In this document: one piece after another, positions 58,033 to 64,000 of the stretch | How the letters are laid out: each line of letters begins with the position of its first letter | Position numbering within the stretch: the stretch's first letter is position 1 | Assembly (NCBI GenBank): GCA_041483895.1 | Contig: JBGPGO010000015.1 | Location: 29,028-93,027 of the forward strand | Length of the DNA stretch: 64,000 nucleotides | Direction of reading: 5' to 3' | Source of the DNA: Fimbriimonadia bacterium | Lineage (GTDB): Bacteria > Armatimonadota > Fimbriimonadia > Fimbriimonadales > JABRVX01 | Made by a program: the position numbers and the translations under genes | The notes under the pieces: generated by a model | What the model saw: only the letters and a program-made list of their open reading frames with translations | The model's database searches: none | What the model was told of the DNA's origin: nothing

Positions 58033-58155
58033 CATCCGACCATAGAAACTCGGAATGACAACGTTATCGTTGCTCCTTGCTAGCTAGCAACGCTGGAACA
58101 ACCGGCAAGGGTGCCATTGCGGCTGCGGGGATGATTTGATACCATAATCCCACCT

Positions 58156-58797
58156 ATGCTTTGGTTTGCCATCCTGCTCCCCGTTATGCACGCCGCACCC
58201 GGCCATCGGTCCGCTGTCGTCGCGGACACGGCCGTCTTCTTCGATGCTTTCGATGCGACCGGTCTCCTGACCGAGTCGCTCGTTGATTGCCTTCGATGCG
58301 ACCGGTCTCCCGACCGAGTCGCCTTGGATGCGGCCAGTCTCCTGACCGAGTCGCCTTTCGGCACACTCCGAACAGAGCTGCGCGCAACCCGGTCCGGTGC
58401 GCTGATGGAAGGCGGAAAGCCGCGCTTCGCCGTCTCCGGCCCGCTTAGCGGCATCCACACTCCGTCCTTCACCATCATTCGGAACGAGGAGCAGTTGCGG
58501 AGCGTCTGGGAAAAGCACTGCGACGAGCGCATCGGCCACCCGGCCCCGCCGCCGATTGACTTTAGGAGTCGGATGTTTATCGCCTACTTCGCCGGGGACC
58601 AGCCGGGGGGCGTCCGGGCCACCATCCGGGCCTACCAGGGCGCAAACGGTATCTATGCGGTGCCAGAGTTGGACGCACCCAGCGGCGCTTATCCCGAAGC
58701 GAGGACCCAGCCGTATGTATTCTATGAACTTCCGGCGGAGACGGCGATTGTGGGCAGCGTTGCCCTTCGCTCGGGAGACCTCGGACGGACGAAATAG
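58156..58797 (+). CDS. Secreted protein with a PrcB C-terminal-like domain, carrying three in-gene hairpin repeats
   Basis: IIRNEEQLRSVWEKH..PPIDF..IAYFAGDQPGG..TQPYVF; signal peptide. Confidence 0.6.
   Translation: MLWFAILLPVMHAAPGHRSAVVADTAVFFDAFDATGLLTESLVDCLRCDRSPDRVALDAASLLTESPFGTLRTELRATRSGALMEGGKPRFAVSGPLSGIHTPSFTIIRNEEQLRSVWEKHCDERIGHPAPPPIDFRSRMFIAYFAGDQPGGVRATIRAYQGANGIYAVPELDAPSGAYPEARTQPYVFYELPAETAIVGSVALRSGDLGRTK
58249..58354. repeat. Three copies of a 31-bp hairpin repeat
   Basis: TTCGATGCGACCGGTCTCCTGACCGAGTCGC at 58249, 58292 and 58324 (1-3 mismatches). Confidence 0.85.
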
Positions 58798-58870
58798 GAT
58801 GGATTGGTCCTATATGTCCTATGAGAACTGAACCCTTCACAATTGGGATTGTGAAGGGAGAACATCGCCA

Positions 58871-59284
58871 CTAATTCGTGAAGGTCTCTTCCTGAATCCG
58901 CTCGATTTCGTCGGTGCGCGCCTGCCATGCCACAACCCCGACGACGACGCTCATCATTGCGCTCGTCCAGGCGATGTGCCAGGCGAAGCCTGAAATGAAG
59001 TCCAGGGCCGCATGGAGGAGATTGCTTTCCCGGACCCGCCGCTTGGCGATCCAGGCCAGCACGACGGCGGCAAACCCAAAGACAAGGCTGATGGGGGCCA
59101 GGACCATATCCACATAGGGGTCGTTGCGAAATCCGATGATGGCGACGAGACCGACCACCCAGGCAATCAAACCCAAAATGAATGCGGACCAGGCGCAGAC
59201 GAGACCGCGCCGCGCCAGCGAGTCCGATCGGGTCTCCGGCTCGGGCGAGGGTAACTGCCGCTGCGTTGCGTCCTGGTCTATCAC
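58871..59284 (-). CDS. Three-TM membrane protein
   Basis: Hydrophobic helices; abuts the fabF stop. Confidence 0.6.
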   Translation of the reverse strand: MIDQDATQRQLPSPEPETRSDSLARRGLVCAWSAFILGLIAWVVGLVAIIGFRNDPYVDMVLAPISLVFGFAAVVLAWIAKRRVRESNLLHAALDFISGFAWHIAWTSAMMSVVVGVVAWQARTDEIERIQEETFTN

Positions 59285-60553
59285 CTATTCAGAGTATCGT
59301 CTCATAATGATGGTCGCATTATGTCCGCCGAAGCCAAACGAGTTGGACATAACAACATTTACGCGCCCGTCCCGCGCTTTGTTCGGAACGTAATCTAAAT
59401 CGCAGTCCGGGTCCGGGAATTCGTAGTTGATGGTGGGCGGCAGGATGTTGGTCTGAATTGCCATGAGGCAGGCGGCGGCTTCCACGGCCCCTGCCGCGCC
59501 CAGCAGATGCCCGATTTGGGACTTGGTACTGCTCATCGCCAGCTTGTAGGCATGGTCGCCGAACACCCGCTTGATGGCCAAAGTCTCAGTTCTGTCATTC
59601 ATTTGGGTCGAAGTCCCGTGCGCGTTGATATAGTCCACGTCTGTCGGTTGGATGCCCGCCGAGCGCAGGGCCATCTTCATGGACCGGATGGCCCCGTTGC
59701 CATCCGGGTCCGGGCTGGTGATGTGGTAGGCGTCGCCGGACATCCCGTATCCCACAATCTCCCCGTATATCTTCGCTTTCCGGGCCTGTGCGAGGTCTAG
59801 GCGCTCCAGGACCAACACCCCGCCGCCTTCGCCGAGCAGGAACCCGTCCCGTTTGGCATCGAACGGCCGGCTGGCGGACATCGGGTCCGGGTTGAACGTG
59901 ATGGCCTTGGCAGCGCAGAAGCCGGACAGGCCCATGCCGGAAATCGCGGCCTCCGCTCCGCCGGCAAACATCGCCTGGGCGTCGCCGCGGCGAATGATGT
60001 GATAGGCGTCCCCGATGGCATTCGAACCCGTGGCGCAGGCCGTGACCACGCAGTTGTTGGGTCCGCGCGCGCCGAGCTCGATGGAAACGAGACCGGCCCC
60101 CATGTCCGCAATCATCATCGGGACGGTGAATGGGCTGACACGGCTTGGACCCTTCTCCATCAGGGCCGCGTGCTCGTCCTCCAATCGGTGTATCCCCCCG
60201 ATGCCGGAGCCGATGAGCACTCCCACCTCGTCCCGGTTCCCTTCGTCAATTGTGATGCCGCTGTCTCGCTCCGCCAGCCTTGCAGCGGCCACGGCAAACT
60301 GGATGTACCGGTCGGCCTTGCGCGCCATTTTTCGGTCGAGGAACTGCTCCGGGTCGAACTCCTTGACCTCGGCCCCAATGTGGCAATCGTAGGCGCTCGT
60401 GTCCATCTGGGTAATCAGATTCGCGCCGTTTTTGGAAGCGATGCAGGACTGCCAGAAGTTCTCGATCCCGATGCCGATCGGCGTGACCACGCCGATGCCG
60501 GTAACGACCACCCGATGGGCGGGCTGAGTTCGCTGCGATGTGCCTGGGTTCAC
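59285..60553 (-). CDS. fabF: 3-oxoacyl-ACP synthase II
   Basis: RVVVTGIG, TACATG, DAYHIT, INAHGTST, KSQIGHLLGAAG, SNSFGFGGHN. Confidence 0.96.
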   Translation of the reverse strand: MNPGTSQRTQPAHRVVVTGIGVVTPIGIGIENFWQSCIASKNGANLITQMDTSAYDCHIGAEVKEFDPEQFLDRKMARKADRYIQFAVAAARLAERDSGITIDEGNRDEVGVLIGSGIGGIHRLEDEHAALMEKGPSRVSPFTVPMMIADMGAGLVSIELGARGPNNCVVTACATGSNAIGDAYHIIRRGDAQAMFAGGAEAAISGMGLSGFCAAKAITFNPDPMSASRPFDAKRDGFLLGEGGGVLVLERLDLAQARKAKIYGEIVGYGMSGDAYHITSPDPDGNGAIRSMKMALRSAGIQPTDVDYINAHGTSTQMNDRTETLAIKRVFGDHAYKLAMSSTKSQIGHLLGAAGAVEAAACLMAIQTNILPPTINYEFPDPDCDLDYVPNKARDGRVNVVMSNSFGFGGHNATIIMRRYSE

Positions 60554-60605
60554 GTCGAAGAGTCCCTTTCGCTCATTGCCAATCGAAGACCCAGGCACAA
60601 ACTCA

Positions 60606-60851
60606 CTACTTGCTACCGAGCTTCGTCTCGATGTAGGATACTGCCGATCCGACCGTCTGGATCTTCTCCACGTCCTCGTCCGGGATTTCGACGGAGAACT
60701 CTTCCTCGAACTTCATGACCAGCTCTACAACGTCGAGGGAATCCGCGCCGAGGTCGCCCGTAAACGACGCGTCCGGCTTCACTTCTTCCTCAGAAACGTC
60801 GAGCTGTTCAACAACCAGCTTAACAACCCTCTCCATAACGGACATTTCCAT
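60606..60851 (-). CDS. acpP: Acyl carrier protein
   Basis: [29 protein letters not shown]. Confidence 0.96.
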   Translation of the reverse strand: MEMSVMERVVKLVVEQLDVSEEEVKPDASFTGDLGADSLDVVELVMKFEEEFSVEIPDEDVEKIQTVGSAVSYIETKLGSK

Positions 60852-60861
60852 TCCCTTCCTC

Positions 60862-61602
60862 CTATAGCGTAAGTCCACCGTCGATAACCAGCGTCTGTCC
60901 CGTAATGAAAGACGCGTCTTCCGAGCAAAGAAAGCTGACGACCCCGGCAATATCCTCCGGCGTGCCAAGCCGCTTTACGGGCGCGGTCTCTGCCGCCCAG
61001 GTCTTGAACTGCTCCGGCAGCTCATCGGTCATATCCGTAACGATATACCCCGGCGCGACCGCGTTGCAAGTGATACCCCGTCCGCCAAGCTCTTTTGCAA
61101 CACTCATGGTCAGTCCGAGCAGTCCGGCCTTGCTCGCGGCATAGTTGGCTTGGGCCACCTGGCCGCCCAGGCCGATGATGCTGCTGACGTTCACGATGCG
61201 TCCAAATCGGGCCTTCATCATATCCCTTGTGGCCTGGCGGGTGCAGAGAAAGGCGCCTTTTAGGTTCACGTCCATCACGCGGTCCCAGTCCTCGTCCTTC
61301 ATTCGCACGATGAGTTGGTCCTTGGCGATGCCGGCATTGTTGATGAGATAGTTCGGAGGGCCAAGCTCTTTGCTTGCTCGCTCGAAAGCCTCTTGGACCT
61401 GTTCGGAGTTGGATACGTCGCAGCCGATGCCGATTGCCTTGCGGCCCAGGGCTTGGACCTCCCGCGCGGCCTTTTTCGCATTTGCCTCGGTGGCGGAGAG
61501 GCAGACGACGTCCGCGCCTTCTTCCGCCAGCCGTTTGGCGATCGCCAGCCCTATCCCCCGTCCCGCGCCTGTGACGTAGGCAACCTTGCCCTTGTGGTCC
61601 AT
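60862..61602 (-). CDS. fabG: 3-oxoacyl-ACP reductase
   Basis: [32 protein letters not shown]; synteny with acpP-fabF. Confidence 0.96.
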   Translation of the reverse strand: MDHKGKVAYVTGAGRGIGLAIAKRLAEEGADVVCLSATEANAKKAAREVQALGRKAIGIGCDVSNSEQVQEAFERASKELGPPNYLINNAGIAKDQLIVRMKDEDWDRVMDVNLKGAFLCTRQATRDMMKARFGRIVNVSSIIGLGGQVAQANYAASKAGLLGLTMSVAKELGGRGITCNAVAPGYIVTDMTDELPEQFKTWAAETAPVKRLGTPEDIAGVVSFLCSEDASFITGQTLVIDGGLTL

Positions 61603-61638
61603 CGGGGTCAGTTTACCGCCAAATACGACGAGCCGAAT

Positions 61639-62010
61639 CTATTCTGGTAATGGCGTTATTTCCACTCTTCCGGACGGAATAACTTCGATATTCAATTTGC
61701 TGCCCACAAGCAGTGACATGCCGATAAGAGGATCGCTATCGCACCGATGAACCGGAATTAGTCGCTCCTCATCATGCCATTGGATGGTTCCGACATGCAA
61801 AAGGATCCTCTTTATCCCACCGTCCGCCAGCACCATGTCGTTTCCACCAATGAGTGGGAACTCAAGCTCTTGCATAAGAGCCAGGGGCAGGGTCAAGAAT
61901 TCGGTAAATCCCGTGTCAATCACAGCGGAGATTTGTATTGTGGCGCCGTCAGCACGCAATGCTCGAAATGTCACGATTGCGTCCAAGGTATCAGTAACAA
62001 CGCCCTCCAC
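61639..62010 (-). CDS. Clan AA (retropepsin-like) aspartic protease
   Basis: AVIDTGF, LADG, PLIGMSLL. Confidence 0.8.
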   Translation of the reverse strand: MEGVVTDTLDAIVTFRALRADGATIQISAVIDTGFTEFLTLPLALMQELEFPLIGGNDMVLADGGIKRILLHVGTIQWHDEERLIPVHRCDSDPLIGMSLLVGSKLNIEVIPSGRVEITPLPE

Positions 62011-62279
62011 TAGGGTACACAGGACAAGGAACCGCCACCGATTCTCCCCAAAGCGGGATACCCAATCCGCATCGCGAAAATCAGCGCGTTTGGCCTTCGC
62101 TCCCGTAGGCGCAAACTTGAATGAAGGTATTCCGAAGCAATGATGTAATCCTTGGTCTCTACATCAAGTACGAGGTACTTGCCCTTATTGCCTGCTTCAA
62201 CGAGGATTCTTAGCTCGTTTTCGTAAATTGCTTCGCCTCTTCTGACAATATCCGCCGCATCATGCTCATTGATGTCCAT
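62010..62279 (-). CDS. Small DUF5678-like protein paired with the aspartic protease
   Basis: GEAIYE..LR..VE..NKGKYLVLDVET.DY..RIG. Confidence 0.65.
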   Translation of the reverse strand: MDINEHDAADIVRRGEAIYENELRILVEAGNKGKYLVLDVETKDYIIASEYLHSSLRLRERRPNALIFAMRIGYPALGRIGGGSLSCVP

Positions 62280-62329
62280 GTTGAGAATTATAGCTCACAT
62301 TCCATCCAAATGATCTGCTGTCCCAAAAC

Positions 62330-63055
62330 CTACTCGTTCGGCTTCGTTCTCCACCAGAAATAGCAGTTGTTCGCGTGGAACTGGTCGTGAGTCATCGCCT
62401 TGGCGTGGCCATCGGCGAACGTTGCGTTGGCTGAATTCTTTCCTCCGTGCCGGAACTTGATCAATCCGTAATCCGCAGTGAATATCTTGATCTGAGAAGA
62501 AGGATCGACGCACTTGTATGGTTCCGGCTCCACAATCCAATCGCTGTCACCATTCTCGCTGACGAGAATCGTCGCCGCAGGATTGGTTAGACCAGATACC
62601 TTGGAAGTCTCATACCGCTGGTAATCCCCCTGGTTGGGATTCACACCGGAAAAGTAAGGGATGTAGGCCCAGTTGTTGATGCCGTATTGTCCCAGATATC
62701 GCACCTGCGGATTGTCAACATAGTCTTTGCAGTCTACGCCGCGACCCTCAAATGTGGGACAGTAAAACAGTTCATCACTCTTTTGATACACAAAAATGAG
62801 CTGCTTCCACGACGCATCCTGGCCGCACCAGCCGCGATTGTCCCAATGCCATGTCGTCGGCAGACCGTCGCTGTTGTCTGACGCATACATATTTACCGCC
62901 ATGCCGATCTGGCGCATGTTGGACATGCAGGTAATTTGGAGTCCCCTCTCGCGGACGCGAGAAAAGATCGGAAATATGATAGCGGCGAGTATGGCAATGA
63001 TTGCTATCACTACCAGTAGTTCAATAAGGGTGAATCCCCTCCGATTCGAGCTCAT
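62330..63055 (-). CDS. Prepilin-type DUF1559-like protein with an H-X9-DG-type tail
   Basis: RGFTLIELLVVIAIIAILAAIIFP, CMSNMRQIG, RHGGKNSANATFADGH. Confidence 0.9.
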   Translation of the reverse strand: MSSNRRGFTLIELLVVIAIIAILAAIIFPIFSRVRERGLQITCMSNMRQIGMAVNMYASDNSDGLPTTWHWDNRGWCGQDASWKQLIFVYQKSDELFYCPTFEGRGVDCKDYVDNPQVRYLGQYGINNWAYIPYFSGVNPNQGDYQRYETSKVSGLTNPAATILVSENGDSDWIVEPEPYKCVDPSSQIKIFTADYGLIKFRHGGKNSANATFADGHAKAMTHDQFHANNCYFWWRTKPNE

Positions 63056-63198
63056 CTTCCTATCACCTCAAAAAAACAATACAGAGAACGCAGGCACAGC
63101 CCTCCATGCCAACCGTCCGCCTATTCTATTCCGTACCCATTAGACGCTGCGACCAGTGGGTTTGCAAGGTTCCTACCAGTGAGATGTATCAGTTTCTC

Positions 63199-63417
63199 GT
63201 GTTGGGGTCTTTGGTTGGTGGTGGTAGGAAGGATTGTAACGGACGAGGACCCCAACACATCGCGGTCGGACTTATAGGACATATAGGACGTATAGGACCT
63301 ATACCTCGTTTTCGTGCGGTGGAGATTCCACCAGGATGACGGAGCAGCGATAGACGATGTGTTGGGGTTCACGTTTACCGATATCCTCACTATTGCCATA
63401 ACCAGAGACCCCAACAC
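63199..63417. repeat. Two inverted copies of the about 60-bp TIR element enclosing a 9-bp tandem repeat
   Basis: GTGTTGGGGT..ACCCCAACAC at 63199-63259 and 63359-63417; ATAGGACAT ATAGGACGT ATAGGACCT at about 63274-63300. Confidence 0.7.
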
Positions 63418-63428
63418 AGAATCCTCGG

Positions 63429-64000
63429 CTACTGCTGTTCCTCGGGGCGGAGCAAGGTTGACGGGTCATCATCGCCGCCGCCCTCCGCCGGTCGCAGCAA
63501 TTCATGGGCCTCCGCAGCCGTCCCGTCGGATGCCCGCAATAATTCGCGTCCTTCTTTCTGGTGCTCGGCCCGCATCCTCATTGTTGCCAAGCATCGCTCC
63601 ATCACTTCTTCCAGGTCCGCAGGAATCTCGCGACCTTTGGAGACCCTTAGCGAATATCCTTGGTCTCCTACGATCATAGACTCCGGTTCACCTGTCGATG
63701 GGAGGTCGTACTCGTGGCCTTTCGACCTGATCTGCTCGAGAAATGACTTCGTCATCTTTGCACAGGCTTCGATGTCTGCGCACTCCTCGCCGCGTCCGAA
63801 TTCCTCGATCGCTAGATACGCCCCTCGAACAAGCCAAAGATCGGAGTCTAGGAGCAGATCACAGATCGCTGACTTCTCCTCCCCGGTAAAGTACGAGGCA
63901 TGGCGTTCCGTCACCCGCGGCAGCAGCTCTCGCAGTATCTCGACCGTCTCCTGATTGCCTTGTTCATGGACATAGGCGATAGCTCCCGCCGAGATGGGAT
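63429..64000 (-). CDS. Hypothetical helical protein, 5' end outside the window
   Basis: Frame stays open to the window edge; C-terminal LLRAS / LLRPA / LLRPE repeats. Confidence 0.6.
   Translation of the reverse strand, partial: PISAGAIAYVHEQGNQETVEILRELLPRVTERHASYFTGEEKSAICDLLLDSDLWLVRGAYLAIEEFGRGEECADIEACAKMTKSFLEQIRSKGHEYDLPSTGEPESMIVGDQGYSLRVSKGREIPADLEEVMERCLATMRMRAEHQKEGRELLRASDGTAAEAHELLRPAEGGGDDDPSTLLRPEEQQ

Larger units (their letters stand above)
56953..58050 (+). mobile_element. IS110-family insertion sequence inserted at a CT core within a REP-like palindrome
   Basis: CT at 56953-54 and 58049-50; the empty site reconstructs as GTCATTCCGAAGCGTAGCGAGGAATCC-CT-CGGAATGAC; right end TTGACATCCGACCATAGAAACT. 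Confidence 0.8.

Noticed and set aside
58249..58354. Possible mini CRISPR array (31-bp palindromic repeats)
   Set aside because: Spacers are only 12 and 1 nt, the repeats lie inside an ORF, and no cas genes are present
1..64000. tRNA, rRNA, integrase, reverse transcriptase (retron/DGR) genes
   Set aside because: None recognised in the ORF track or intergenic regions; tRNAscan-SE and an HMM search would be needed to exclude them formally

Overview
Bacterial chromosomal DNA, about 60% GC by eye. The gene content (PEP-CTERM protein, two prepilin-type DUF1559-like genes, many secreted glycoside hydrolases, dockerin-like C-terminal domain) suggests Armatimonadota (Fimbriimonadales-like); this taxonomic call is inference. 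Housekeeping genes: fabG-acpP-fabF, pyk, tgt, an ftsB/divIC-like gene and galM. Other content: a Rieske / cytochrome b / nine-heme cytochrome c operon, a sugar ABC transporter, many glycan-degrading enzymes (2x GH29, GH116, GH38-like, 2x DUF2961/GH172, sialate O-acetylesterase) and a ParD/ParE-type TA pair. Best novelty candidate: a defence-like island (about 33.9-39.5 kb). There a GHKL/MORC-type ATPase is fused to a ribbon-helix-helix-like segment, an AT-hook and a sigma70 region-4 HTH, and it faces a BstYI/BglII-family restriction-modification pair plus a Dam-like methyltransferase. An IS110 element (56953-58050) sits in a REP-like palindrome; its left end carries a readable bridge RNA whose guide segments match the flanking target and half of the donor junction. 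Several families of short palindromic repeats occur, some inserted in-frame inside genes or supplying stop codons. Many genes look leaderless (TANNNT 6-7 nt before the start codon). No rRNA, tRNA or CRISPR array was seen. All family assignments come from motif recognition by eye, not from database searches.
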